A stretch of DNA of 64,000 nucleotides from an uncultured Gammaproteobacteria bacterium. GTDB lineage: Bacteria > Pseudomonadota > Gammaproteobacteria > GCA-001735895. The notes under the pieces are model-generated. The model worked only from the letters and a program-made list of their open reading frames with translations. It searched no databases and was not told where the DNA came from. The position numbers and the translations under genes were made by a program. Of the stretch, positions 48,153 through 57,657 are shown in pieces. The first letter of the stretch is position 1, and every line of letters starts with the position of its first letter. The stretch covers positions 9,059 to 73,058 of the forward strand of contig CAWIHJ010000023.1 in the NCBI GenBank assembly GCA_963835795.1, in the 5' to 3' direction.

Positions 48153-50099
48153 ATGTCAGATAACAAAACTTTTCCACCTTCAGCCGAATTTGTTGCGCAG
48201 GCGAATATCAACGCAGCTCAATATGACGAGATGTATCGACAATCGGTTGAAGATCCCGAAGGCTTCTGGTCGGAACAGGCGGAAAACTACCTGTCATGGT
48301 TCAAACCCTGGAACTCGGTGTGCGACTGGAGTTTTGATAAAAAGGATTTGCACATCAGCTGGTTTGCAGGCGCCGAGCTCAACGTTTCCTACAACTGCCT
48401 GGACCGGCATCTCGAGACGCGCGCTGACCAGGTAGCCATCATCTGGGAATCGGACAATCCCGATAAGCATCGCAAAATCACCTATGCCGAACTGCACGCA
48501 GAAGTCTGCAAGTTTGCCAACGTGTTGAAAGCGCAGGGCGTCGCCAGGGGGGACTGCGTTTCGATCTACATGCCGATGGTGCCCGAAGCGGCAGTGGCGA
48601 TGCTCGCCTGTACCCGCATCGGCGCCGTGCACTCGATTGTGTTTGGCGGATTTTCACCCGATGCGTTGCGCGATCGCATTCAGGATTCCGATTGCCAGGT
48701 GGTGATTACCGCTGACCAGTCGGTGCGCGGTGGCAAGCGTGTACCGCTCAAGGCGAATGCCGATAAAGCGGTCAGCCAGTGCCCGAATGTAAAGAGCGTC
48801 ATCGTGGTACAGCGCGGCGGCGAGCCCGTGGAGTGGACCCAGGGCCGTGATATCTGGTATCACGAAGCCATGGCAAGCGCATCGGATCAATGCGAGCCGG
48901 AAATGATGGGAGCCGAGGATCCGCTGTTCATCCTCTACACATCGGGATCAACTGGCAAGCCCAAGGGCGTGTTACACACCACTGCGGGGTATTTGCTGCA
49001 GGCTGCGATGACCCACAAGCTGGTGTTCGATTACAAGGATGGTGAAGTCTACTGGTGTACGGCCGACGTCGGCTGGGTGACCGGCCACACCTACATCGTT
49101 TATGGGCCACTGGCCAATGGCGCCACCACCCTGATGTTCGAGGGCATACCCACCTATCCGGATATTTCCCGTTTCTGGCAGATATGCGACAAGCACGACG
49201 TGTCGATTTTTTACACTGCGCCGACGGCGATACGAGCGCTGATGGGCGCCGGCGATGAGCCGGTTACAAAAACTTCGCGTAAATCCCTGCGCCTGCTGGG
49301 TACCGTCGGCGAACCGATTAATCCCGAAGCCTGGATGTGGTATCACAACGTGGTAGGCAATGGTCGCTGCCCGATTGTCGACACCTGGTGGCAGACCGAA
49401 ACCGGTGCGCACATGATGACGCCGTTACCGGGTGCGACGGCAACCAAACCGGGTTCGGCCACTTTTCCGTTTTTCGGTGCGCAACCGGTGTTGCTGGACG
49501 ACGAGGGCAAAGAGATCGAGGGTAACCCGGCTTCCGGCAATCTCGCCATGCGCGCGCCCTGGCCATCGATGATGCGCAGCGTATACGGCGATCACAAGCG
49601 TTTTTATGAAACCTATTTCGCGCTGTTCAAGGGCTATTACTTTACCGGTGATGGCGCACGCCGCGATGAAGATGGTTATTACTGGATCACCGGGCGCGTC
49701 GACGATGTGCTCAACGTGTCGGGCCATCGTCTCGGCACCGCCGAGATCGAATCGGCGCTGGTGAAACACCCGGCCGTTGCCGAAGCCGCGGTGGTCGGAT
49801 ATCCGCACGACATCACCGGGCAGGGCATTTATGCCTATGTCACGCTGATGGCCGGTGAAGCGGAGAGCGATGCGCTGAAAGACGAGTTGAACAAGCTGGT
49901 ACGCAGCGAAATTGGACCGATTGCCAAGGTCAATATCATCCAGTGGGCACCCGGGTTACCGAAGACCCGTTCCGGCAAAATCATGCGCCGTATCCTGCGC
50001 AAGGTTGCCGCCAACGAAATCGACAGCCTGGGCGATACCTCGACCCTGGCCGATCCCGGTGTGGTCGATGACCTGATCGAGAAACGGTTGAACCGTTAA
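48153..50099 (+). CDS. acs: Acetyl-CoA synthetase
   Basis: [43 protein letters not shown]..., [33 protein letters not shown] 48153 follows AAGGGA; the track ORF starts at 48102. Confidence 0.95.
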   Translation: MSDNKTFPPSAEFVAQANINAAQYDEMYRQSVEDPEGFWSEQAENYLSWFKPWNSVCDWSFDKKDLHISWFAGAELNVSYNCLDRHLETRADQVAIIWESDNPDKHRKITYAELHAEVCKFANVLKAQGVARGDCVSIYMPMVPEAAVAMLACTRIGAVHSIVFGGFSPDALRDRIQDSDCQVVITADQSVRGGKRVPLKANADKAVSQCPNVKSVIVVQRGGEPVEWTQGRDIWYHEAMASASDQCEPEMMGAEDPLFILYTSGSTGKPKGVLHTTAGYLLQAAMTHKLVFDYKDGEVYWCTADVGWVTGHTYIVYGPLANGATTLMFEGIPTYPDISRFWQICDKHDVSIFYTAPTAIRALMGAGDEPVTKTSRKSLRLLGTVGEPINPEAWMWYHNVVGNGRCPIVDTWWQTETGAHMMTPLPGATATKPGSATFPFFGAQPVLLDDEGKEIEGNPASGNLAMRAPWPSMMRSVYGDHKRFYETYFALFKGYYFTGDGARRDEDGYYWITGRVDDVLNVSGHRLGTAEIESALVKHPAVAEAAVVGYPHDITGQGIYAYVTLMAGEAESDALKDELNKLVRSEIGPIAKVNIIQWAPGLPKTRSGKIMRRILRKVAANEIDSLGDTSTLADPGVVDDLIEKRLNR

Positions 50100-50119
50100 T
50101 ATTCGCTGGTCACTACTAG

Positions 50120-50144
50120 AACCCCGCTATCGCGGGGTTTTTTT
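50120..50144 (+). terminator. Rho-independent terminator after acs
   Basis: AACCCCGC-tatc-GCGGGGTT followed by TTTTT. Confidence 0.85.
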
Positions 50145-50251
50145 ATGCTGCGATGGCGTGCCAGGGTTGATTATTGGATTCATCGGACTGTTGCAAGTTC
50201 TCGTTTTTTTCTCTACACTCGCTGAGAATAAAATGAGAAGGGTGATACCCC

Positions 50252-50851
50252 ATGCTGACGTCGCAAGAACAGAAAACATTACAGTTTATCCGCAACTACC
50301 TGGCCCAACATGGCTATGCGCCGAAGTTCAAGGAAATTGGCATGGCGATCGGGGTTAACTCGCAAGGCACTATCCATCGCTACGTGCAGGCCCTGGAAGA
50401 CAAGGGCTATATCGATCGAATCAAGGGTAACTCGCGCGGAATGAGCCTGGTGGATTTGCCGTTGGTGAGTCCACCGACCATCCCGCTGCTTGGCAAGATT
50501 GCCGCGGGCTTGCCGCTGGAGGCGATCGAGGATCAGCAGGAGCTGAATCTTGCCGAAATGTTTATGGGCCCGGAGCTGTTTGCATTGCGCGTTACCGGCG
50601 ACTCAATGGTCGACGCCGGTATCCTCGACGAGGATTACGTCATCATCCGTAAACAACCAGTCGCGAAGGACGGGGATATCGTCGTTGCGATGATCGACAA
50701 GTCTGAAGCGACGCTCAAACGCTTCAAACGCCGGGGCGAGGATCAGATCGCGTTGATTCCTGAAAACCAGCAGATGGAGCCGATGATTTATGCCGCCGAA
50801 CGCGTCAGCATTCACGGAATACTCGTTGGCCAGTTACGGAACTATCGCTAA
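50252..50851 (+). CDS. lexA: LexA repressor
   Basis: N-terminal wHTH LTSQEQKTLQFIRNYLAQHGYAPKFKEIGMAIGVNSQGTIHRYVQALEDKGYI. Ala-Gly cleavage site in GKIAAGLP. Catalytic Ser in GDSM and Lys in ATLKRF. Confidence 0.95.
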   Translation: MLTSQEQKTLQFIRNYLAQHGYAPKFKEIGMAIGVNSQGTIHRYVQALEDKGYIDRIKGNSRGMSLVDLPLVSPPTIPLLGKIAAGLPLEAIEDQQELNLAEMFMGPELFALRVTGDSMVDAGILDEDYVIIRKQPVAKDGDIVVAMIDKSEATLKRFKRRGEDQIALIPENQQMEPMIYAAERVSIHGILVGQLRNYR

Positions 50852-50883
50852 AGCCTGGACCGTGCCCGCGGCAAATGGACTTT

Positions 50884-51672
50884 TCAGCCCTTGTGGGTTG
50901 TCTCGAGGGTACGCAACAGGTCGCTGATGATACGTGGGTTGCCGGCCACTACCTGACCATTATCGAGAGAATTGGCGTCGCCGTTGAAATCAGTGACCAG
51001 TCCACCGGCTTCGCGTACGATCAGCGCGCCTGCCGCAATGTCCCAGGCACCGAGCCCGTCTTCCCAGTAACCATCGAGTCGGCCTGCCGCCACGTAGGCG
51101 AGGTCGAGTGCTGCTGATCCGGCGCGGCGTACGTCGGTGGCCTTGCTGAAAAAAGCGGAGAAAGTCTTGATGAAGTCATCCAGCTGATCCGGATTACGAA
51201 ATGGGAATCCGGTCGCCAGCAGCGCTCCCTGTGCGGTTTTCAGGCTGGCAACACGAATACGCCGATTGTTCAGGGTGGCGCCATCGCCGCGACTGGCGGC
51301 AAATAATTCCTGCTTGTAGGGGTCGTAGATGACCGCGTGAGCCAGGCGACCCCGATGTTCACAGGCGATGGAGACGGCGTAGTGTGGAAAGCCGTGCAGA
51401 AAATTGGTGGTGCCGTCGAGGGGGTCGATAATCCAGCGGTATTCGTCCTGGCCTTCGATTACACCCGACTCCTCGGCCAGAATGCTGTGCCCGGGATAGG
51501 CTTTGAGCAATTCCTCTATGATCAATGACTCGGCCTGGCGGTCGACTTCACTGACAAAGTCGTTGCGCGCTTTTACTTCAACCTTCAAGTCGGGTACTTT
51601 GTTGATCTTGCGAACGATGAAATCGCCCGCGCGATGGGCCGCTCGAATCGCGATATTGAGCATTGGTTGCAT
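50884..51672 (-). CDS. suhB: Inositol monophosphatase family protein
   Basis: MQPMLNIAIRAAHRAGDFI..., with motifs ILAEESG, WIIDPLDGTTNF and WDIAAG. Start at the internal ATG 51672. Confidence 0.9.
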   Translation of the reverse strand: MQPMLNIAIRAAHRAGDFIVRKINKVPDLKVEVKARNDFVSEVDRQAESLIIEELLKAYPGHSILAEESGVIEGQDEYRWIIDPLDGTTNFLHGFPHYAVSIACEHRGRLAHAVIYDPYKQELFAASRGDGATLNNRRIRVASLKTAQGALLATGFPFRNPDQLDDFIKTFSAFFSKATDVRRAGSAALDLAYVAAGRLDGYWEDGLGAWDIAAGALIVREAGGLVTDFNGDANSLDNGQVVAGNPRIISDLLRTLETTHKG

Positions 51673-51770
51673 GGGAGTTCGGCGTGCTGGAAAAGGCGCG
51701 CAGTCTAGCAAACGGGCCTCCAATAGACCAGAAGTAAACAGCAGGACAAAAGCGGCTGAGGCGCCACGCG

Positions 51771-52493
51771 ATGAAATTGCAGAATATCCGGATCGTCATG
51801 ATCGGTACTTCCCATCCCGGTAACATCGGTGCGGCGGCGCGAGCCATGCTGAACATGTCGATCGAGCGCCTGGCGCTGGTCGATCCACAGTGCAAGATCG
51901 GTGAGATAGCTTACGCGCGCGCTTCCGGAGCTAACCAGGTGCTCGACAATCGCGAGACTCATGCCCACCTGGCCGATGCGATTGCCGATTGCAAACTGGT
52001 TATCGCAACTACCGCGAGGCGACGATCGCTGGCCTGGCCGGAATTCGCTCCTCGACAGATGGTCGAGAATTTATTCGCGATGGATGACGACAGCCAGGTC
52101 GCACTGGTGTTCGGACGCGAGGATTCAGGGCTCAGCAATGATGAACTGCAACTGTGCAACCAGATGGTGTGTATTCCCACCAATCCTGATTTCAGTTCAC
52201 TTAACGTGGCTTCGGCAATTCAGGTGATGTGTTATGAGATCTATCAACACCAGACAAGTATGGCCGAGCAGTCCATCGAGCCTGATGAGGATCTGTTGGC
52301 CACGAGTAGTGAAGTGGAAGGCTATCTCGAGCATTTGCATCGAGTCATGGATGCCACTGGCTTTCTCAATCCGGATCAACCCAAAATGCTCTTGCGGCGT
52401 TTGCGGCGCCTCTACCTGCGCACCCATTTGTCGCATATCGAGGTCAATATCCTGCGCGGCATTCTGACGGCGGTTGAAAAATCTCGCGATTGA
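51771..52493 (+). CDS. trmJ: tRNA (cytidine/uridine-2'-O)-methyltransferase, SpoU/TrmH class
   Basis: MKLQNIRIVMIGTSHPGNIGAAARAMLNMSIERLALVDP...VALVFGREDSGLSNDELQLCNQMVCIPTNPDFSSLNVASAIQVMCYE. It also holds the conserved position between suhB and the isc genes. Confidence 0.85.
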   Translation: MKLQNIRIVMIGTSHPGNIGAAARAMLNMSIERLALVDPQCKIGEIAYARASGANQVLDNRETHAHLADAIADCKLVIATTARRRSLAWPEFAPRQMVENLFAMDDDSQVALVFGREDSGLSNDELQLCNQMVCIPTNPDFSSLNVASAIQVMCYEIYQHQTSMAEQSIEPDEDLLATSSEVEGYLEHLHRVMDATGFLNPDQPKMLLRRLRRLYLRTHLSHIEVNILRGILTAVEKSRD

Positions 52494-52593
52494 TTGTTAC
52501 AAAACATTACAAATCGTTACCTGAGTGAAAAGCTTTGCTCGTGGTTGCTCTCTATCATCGGTTTTCGTAATCAAACCACTACGGAGACTATCC

Positions 52594-53046
52594 ATGAAAC
52601 TTTCTACTCGTATTATCACAGCAGTATTGCTGGTGGTCGGCAGTTCCAGCATCGTTTATGCCGTCAACAAACACGGCGATTGGGGCATGAGCCCTGAAGA
52701 AAAGATTGAATTTGTCAGCGACAGGGTTACCAGCAAGCTCGGTCTTGATGAAGCCCAGCGGCAGAGGTTTTCCGCGATGGCGGAGCTGTTCGCTGCGACC
52801 ATGCAGGAAATCAAACCGGGTCATGAGCAACATCTTGGTGAGATATCCGCGCTGTTGCAGGAACCCAGCTTCAACCAGGCGCAGGCGCTCGATATGATTC
52901 AGCAAAAGACGCAGCTGGTGAATGAGAAAGCACCCCTGTTAATCGCATCGCTGGCTGAATTTCTTGATTCCCTGACAGCTGAACAAAAGAACCAGCTACA
53001 GGAGTTCTTGCAACATCGACACAAGCATCACCGGTCTACTCATTGA
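52594..53046 (+). CDS. CpxP/Spy-family periplasmic protein (two LTxxQ-type motifs)
   Basis: Signal peptide MKLSTRIITAVLLVVGSSSIVYA, motifs LDEAQ and LTAEQ, and a His-rich tail. ATG 52594 follows GGAGA. Confidence 0.6.
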   Translation: MKLSTRIITAVLLVVGSSSIVYAVNKHGDWGMSPEEKIEFVSDRVTSKLGLDEAQRQRFSAMAELFAATMQEIKPGHEQHLGEISALLQEPSFNQAQALDMIQQKTQLVNEKAPLLIASLAEFLDSLTAEQKNQLQEFLQHRHKHHRSTH

Positions 53047-53133
53047 TCCATGTCTACCAGTGTGGCTTCTCTTGCAGAAGCCACACTGTACAATACGCGA
53101 TGACTGGTGAACCGACCTGGGGGCTGGCCTCGT

Positions 53134-53796
53134 ATGCGCAAAATTCTGCTGATTGACGATGACGAAAAACTGGCGCAACCCTTGCGACAGTATTTTGCCC
53201 GTTTCGATCTGCAGCTCGACAATGAGATCGATCCGCTTGCGGCAATCGAACGCAATCGCAGAGAAGCCTTTGACCTGATCATACTCGACGTCATGCTGCC
53301 GCAGATCGACGGCTTCGAAACCTGCAAGCGCATCCGCAAGGAGAGCGATATCCCCATCATCATGTTGACCGCACGTGGCGAGGTCATGGATCGCGTCGTC
53401 GGACTCGAGCTAGGTGCTGATGATTACTTGCCGAAACCCTTCGAGCCGCGTGAGCTGGTGGCGCGAATACAGAATATCCTGAGGCGGCATCAACCTCCCG
53501 AATCCCGGGTTTATCGCTGGGGCGAACTGTGTCTCGACCTCGATCGCCAGCAGCTATTTCGCAAGGATGAGGTCGTCGCGCTGACGGCCGCCGAACTGGG
53601 TTTATTGTCCTTGCTGGCACAAAATCAGCAGCGCATTTTGTCGCGCGATGAAATCATGCAAACTCTGCGCGGTATCGATGCCGATATCTATAGTCGTGCT
53701 ATCGACGTGCTGATCAGTCGCCTGCGCCGCAAATTGCAATCTCCTGAACTGATCCGTACCCAACGCGGGCTGGGCTACCAGCTGGTTGGTCACTGA
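53134..53796 (+). CDS. OmpR-family response regulator, CpxR-like
   Basis: MRKILLIDDD...DLIILDVMLPQIDGFETCKRIR...IIMLTARGEVMDRVVGLELGADDYLPKPFEPRELVARIQNILRR plus a winged-helix output domain ending GLGYQLV. Confidence 0.9.
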   Translation: MRKILLIDDDEKLAQPLRQYFARFDLQLDNEIDPLAAIERNRREAFDLIILDVMLPQIDGFETCKRIRKESDIPIIMLTARGEVMDRVVGLELGADDYLPKPFEPRELVARIQNILRRHQPPESRVYRWGELCLDLDRQQLFRKDEVVALTAAELGLLSLLAQNQQRILSRDEIMQTLRGIDADIYSRAIDVLISRLRRKLQSPELIRTQRGLGYQLVGH

Positions 53797-55100
53797 TGCT
53801 GGATTATCTTGTCGGCAAGTGGCAAAGCCTGGTATTTCGGCTGCTGTTTTACTTTTTACTGGCCATATTGGCACTGGCGCTGGTGCTGGCGTTCAGTTTC
53901 AGCCAGCGCCTGCGTCCGCACATCGAACAGCAACTTCTGCCAAATGTAGAGCGCTATCTCGATTACCTGGTCGGTGATATCGGCAACCCTCCTGACCTGG
54001 GGGTTGCCCGGCAACTCGCGGACAGCCTGCCGTTTGAAATCAGGATTGAAGGACCGGGAATCGAATGGAATTCCAGCCCGGGAATCGAACCGATAGCGAG
54101 CTACGATTTCAAACCGGCGCCAGCGCCTTACGAGTCCATTTACTACAGCCACCGGCGCCATAGGGAACTGGTGCTGATCAAGCGCAATGATCTGCAATAC
54201 CTGTTCGTTGTCGAAGATGGTTTTCGGCGTGGTTCCGAGCTAAGGCACTGGCTGTTATTCGGGGGGCTGGGCACAATCCTGGTGCTGCTGTATTTCGGCA
54301 TTCGACGCCTGTTCCGGCCCATCGCCGCGCTGTCCGAGCAGGTGCGTAAAATTGGCGAAGGCGATCTGCAGCAAACCGTCGATTCCGGGAACAGGGGCGA
54401 ACTCGGGATGTTGGCGGCCGGCGTGAATCAGATGTCCGCGCAGATCCGTTCCATGCTGGAGAACAAGTCGGGCCTGTTGCTGGCGATCAGCCACGAGTTA
54501 CGCTCCCCGTTGACGCGCATGCGGGTGAACCTGGAACTGCTCGATGACAGTGATATCAAACCAGGGTTAATCGAAGATATTCGCGTGATGGAATCCCTGC
54601 TGGCAGCGATTCTTGAATCGGAGAAGTTGACCAGCGGTCATGCGCCGTTGGCGAAAAAACCGGTGGAACTCGATCGACTGGTGGAAGAGGTGGTCGACAG
54701 ACATCCAGGGCGTGATCGTATTCGTTGCCAGTTGATCCCGCTGCGCCTTGAGGTCGATGAGTTACGTGTCAAACTGTTGCTCAAGAATCTGCTCGACAAC
54801 GCGCTGCAATATTCTGCCGATGCCAGTCAGGTGGTCGAAGTCCGCCTGACCTCTAGCGAGAACAGGGCCATTCTCGAGGTGATCGATCGGGGCATCGGAA
54901 TCGCTGCGGAAGAACTTCCCCGCCTGGGTGAAGCCTTTTACCGTCCCGATAGCGCACGTGGACGCAGTACCGGTGGCTATGGTCTTGGACTCTACCTGTG
55001 CCGCCTGATCTGCGACGCTCACGAAGGCGATTTGCACATCGAAAGTGCGCCCGGAGAGGGCACCCGGGTTGAGGTCCGATTGCCTCTTGATAATAGTTGA
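53796..55100 (+). CDS. Sensor histidine kinase (2 TM, HAMP, HisKA, HATPase_c)
   Basis: H-box ISHELRSPLTRM, N-box LLKNLLDNALQY, G-boxes DRGIGI and GGYGLGL. The start overlaps the RR stop (TGATG). Confidence 0.9.
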   Translation: MLDYLVGKWQSLVFRLLFYFLLAILALALVLAFSFSQRLRPHIEQQLLPNVERYLDYLVGDIGNPPDLGVARQLADSLPFEIRIEGPGIEWNSSPGIEPIASYDFKPAPAPYESIYYSHRRHRELVLIKRNDLQYLFVVEDGFRRGSELRHWLLFGGLGTILVLLYFGIRRLFRPIAALSEQVRKIGEGDLQQTVDSGNRGELGMLAAGVNQMSAQIRSMLENKSGLLLAISHELRSPLTRMRVNLELLDDSDIKPGLIEDIRVMESLLAAILESEKLTSGHAPLAKKPVELDRLVEEVVDRHPGRDRIRCQLIPLRLEVDELRVKLLLKNLLDNALQYSADASQVVEVRLTSSENRAILEVIDRGIGIAAEELPRLGEAFYRPDSARGRSTGGYGLGLYLCRLICDAHEGDLHIESAPGEGTRVEVRLPLDNS

Positions 55101-55128
55101 CCATTTTAGTCAGGATTGTATACTGACG
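55097..55128 (+). promoter_or_regulatory. Putative sigma70 promoter of the isc operon with an overlapping inverted repeat
   Basis: TTGACC (55097-55102), 16-nt spacer, TATACT (55119-55124), lying ~30 nt upstream of the iscR ATG. The inverted repeat AGTCAG (55108-55113)-N9-CTGAC (55123-55127) spans the -10 element, as expected for an autoregulatory site. Confidence 0.45.
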
Positions 55129-55153
55129 CTGTTTTACGCAACCTGCTTGCACT

Positions 55154-55612
55154 ATGCGACTATCCACTAAAAGCCGATACGCGGTCACCTCACTGCTCGA
55201 TCTTGTCATGCACTCTGACAAGGGGCCGGTGTCGCTCGCCGATATTTCGATCCGCCAGGGGATTTCGTTGTCTTACCTGGAGCAGCTGTTCGCCAAGATG
55301 CGACGCAACAAGCTGGTCATCAGTACGCGCGGGCCGGGTGGTGGCTATAGTCTTGGTTGTACTCCGGACGAGGTCTGTATCGCCGACGTCATCAATGCTG
55401 TCGATGAGGCAATGCAGGTTGTCAATAAAGGTGTTAACAGCGGTTCAGCGGATTATGAACCTTGTCTTACGGAACAGCTATGGGATGAATTGAGTGCTGA
55501 GATCGAAAGCTTTCTTACCACTATTTCGCTGGCCGACATGATGCAGAATAACGAGGTTCAGGAACTTTCCCGCGCCCACGATCTGCGCCAGAATCCCCAA
55601 AATTTGCTATAG
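55154..55612 (+). CDS. iscR: Rrf2-family regulator, IscR-like
   Basis: MRLSTKSRYAVTSLLDLVMHSDKGPVSLADISIRQGISLSYLEQLFAKMRRNKLVISTRGPGGGYSLG is collinear with E. coli IscR, and it is the first gene of the isc cluster. Confidence 0.85.
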   Translation: MRLSTKSRYAVTSLLDLVMHSDKGPVSLADISIRQGISLSYLEQLFAKMRRNKLVISTRGPGGGYSLGCTPDEVCIADVINAVDEAMQVVNKGVNSGSADYEPCLTEQLWDELSAEIESFLTTISLADMMQNNEVQELSRAHDLRQNPQNLL

Positions 55613-55616
55613 ACCG

Positions 55617-56765
55617 ATGTCGGTATACCTCGACCATAATGCAACCTCGCCGATGCACCCGGAAGTGGTGGATGCGATGCTGCCGTACTTGCACAATCCG
55701 CCTGGCAATCCATCCAGCCTGCACAGTTTTGGGCGGATGGCGCGTTCGGCAGTCGAATCGGCGCGCGGCCAGGTGGCTGATTTGTTGCATTGTGCTCCGG
55801 CCGATGTGGTATTCACTTCCGGCGGCACCGAGGCCAACAACTTGCTGCTGAAGGGTTACATCGATCGCGACAATCCAGCCTCGATCGTGAGCAGCGAAAT
55901 CGAGCATCCCAGCATTCTGCAACCGCTGCAGCAACTTCGCGAGGCAGGGGTGCCGGTAACGCTGTTGAAGTCGGATAGTAGCGGACAAATTGACCTGCAA
56001 GCGGCTAGCGAAGCACTCGCGACCTTGAAACCACAACTACTATCGATTATTTACGCCAATAACGAAACCGGTGTGATTCAGCCACTCGAAGAGCTTGCGG
56101 CAATGGTCGATCGCGATACTTGCCTGGTGCACAGTGATGCAACCCAGGCCGTGGGTAAAATTGACCTGGACCTGTCGCAGCTTGCGCTCGACGCGATCAG
56201 TTTCTCGGCGCATAAATTGCGCGGTCCCCAGGGCGTTGGTGTGCTGGTCGTCAAACGCAAGCCCCGCAGCCTGCTGATCAGCGGGGGAGAGCAGGAAAAC
56301 AAACGGCGCGGCGGCACTGAAAATGTTGCCGGTATTGTAGGGCTCGGAAAGGCGGCACAACTGGCTGGCCTTGAAATGGAGCAGCGCAGGCATTATCTGA
56401 GTCAACTACGGGACGTGTTCGAGAGCAGGCTGGCAACGATACCGGGTAGCGTCGTGTTTGGACAACAGGCCCCACGCTTGCCCAACACTACGTTTTTTGC
56501 GTTGCCTTATTATCATGGGGAAACCCTGTTAATGGAACTTGATCGCTCGGGTTTTGCGTTGTCCAGCGGATCGGCCTGCCACAGTATGGTGACCGAACCG
56601 AGCCACGTCCTCACGGCAATGTCGGTTGATAGCAACCTGGCATTAAACGCGATTCGCGTCAGTTTTGGTATGAGCAACACTTTGCAGGACGTTGAGTTGC
56701 TGGTCACCAGGTTACATGAACTGGTAAACAAGCTCCCGGCGGTAATTCGCCAGGCAGCGGGATAG
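55617..56765 (+). CDS. iscS: Class I cysteine desulfurase (IscS/NifS-like, short C-terminus)
   Basis: [24 protein letters not shown] (PLP lysine) and the active-site loop SSGSACHS. It is 382 aa and ends shortly after the catalytic domain. Confidence 0.85.
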   Translation: MSVYLDHNATSPMHPEVVDAMLPYLHNPPGNPSSLHSFGRMARSAVESARGQVADLLHCAPADVVFTSGGTEANNLLLKGYIDRDNPASIVSSEIEHPSILQPLQQLREAGVPVTLLKSDSSGQIDLQAASEALATLKPQLLSIIYANNETGVIQPLEELAAMVDRDTCLVHSDATQAVGKIDLDLSQLALDAISFSAHKLRGPQGVGVLVVKRKPRSLLISGGEQENKRRGGTENVAGIVGLGKAAQLAGLEMEQRRHYLSQLRDVFESRLATIPGSVVFGQQAPRLPNTTFFALPYYHGETLLMELDRSGFALSSGSACHSMVTEPSHVLTAMSVDSNLALNAIRVSFGMSNTLQDVELLVTRLHELVNKLPAVIRQAAG

Positions 56766-56776
56766 TAGAGACGATT

Positions 56777-57100
56777 ATGGCAATACAACTTAGCGACATC
56801 GCCGCATCACGCGTGCAGAATTTTCTCGATAACCGCGGCAAGGGTATCGGCCTCAGGTTGGGGGTCAAAACCACCGGCTGCTCCGGGCTGGCTTATGTTA
56901 TCGAATTCGTCGATGAGATTCGCGACGATGATGAAGTGTTCGAGAGCAAGGGCGTCAAAGTGGTCGTGGACAAGAAAAGCCTGATGTTTCTCGATGGCAC
57001 CGAGGTGGATTTTTCCAAGGTCGGGCTCAACGAAGGGTTTCAGTTCAAGAATCCGAACGCCAAGGAAGCCTGTGGTTGCGGTGAGAGTTTTACCGTCTGA
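56777..57100 (+). CDS. iscA: Iron-sulfur cluster A-type carrier
   Basis: [16 protein letters not shown]...[14 protein letters not shown] carries the three conserved Cys. 107 aa. Confidence 0.9.
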   Translation: MAIQLSDIAASRVQNFLDNRGKGIGLRLGVKTTGCSGLAYVIEFVDEIRDDDEVFESKGVKVVVDKKSLMFLDGTEVDFSKVGLNEGFQFKNPNAKEACGCGESFTV

Positions 57101-57117
57101 ACGATTCATCCAGTTCG

Positions 57118-57657
57118 ATGCAGTCCCCTGATCTTAGTCAGAATTATTTTGAGTTGTTTGGCTTGCCAACCGCGTTCGAGGTAGATCGTGGCCAGTTGCG
57201 ATCCGCGCAACGGCGTTTACAGGCGGATTACCATCCCGATCGACACGTGAACGGCAGTGACCGCGATCGGCGGGTGTCGGTGCAGGTTGCCTCCTGGATT
57301 AACCAGGCCTACGACACCCTGCAGGATCCGGTCAAACGCGCACGCTATTTGCTCGAAATCAGCGGCGCCGACATACCCGATGATTCGGCGACTACCTCGG
57401 ATACCGCTTTCCTGATGGAACAGATCGAATTAAGGGAAGAAATTGAAGCCTGTCGTGACGCAGCAGATGGTCTGCAGCGCAGCCAGCAGGTGGCAGTGCA
57501 GCTCGCCCAGCGGGCTCGCGATCTGGCCGCTGAATTCGTTGCCGCTTTTACCGCGGGCGAACAGCTAAAGGCAACGCAGGTCAGCCATAAAATGCAATTT
57601 ATTCAGCGTCTCCAGCTGCAACTGGATGAGCTGCAGTTCGAACTTGAGGGTAAGTGA
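57118..57657 (+). CDS. hscB: Fe-S assembly co-chaperone HscB (J-type)
   Basis: [34 protein letters not shown] (J-domain HPD motif) plus a C-terminal helical domain. Confidence 0.9.
   Translation: MQSPDLSQNYFELFGLPTAFEVDRGQLRSAQRRLQADYHPDRHVNGSDRDRRVSVQVASWINQAYDTLQDPVKRARYLLEISGADIPDDSATTSDTAFLMEQIELREEIEACRDAADGLQRSQQVAVQLAQRARDLAAEFVAAFTAGEQLKATQVSHKMQFIQRLQLQLDELQFELEGK

Noticed and set aside
50186-50203. Possible SOS box CTGTTGCAAGTTCTCG upstream of lexA.
   Set aside because: Only the CTGT half-site matches and the second half is CTCG rather than ACAG. It is not a credible LexA operator; see the low-interest finding instead.
50158-50358. 66-aa ORF overlapping the lexA start region.
   Set aside because: It overlaps the lexA RBS and coding start out of frame, with no motif support.
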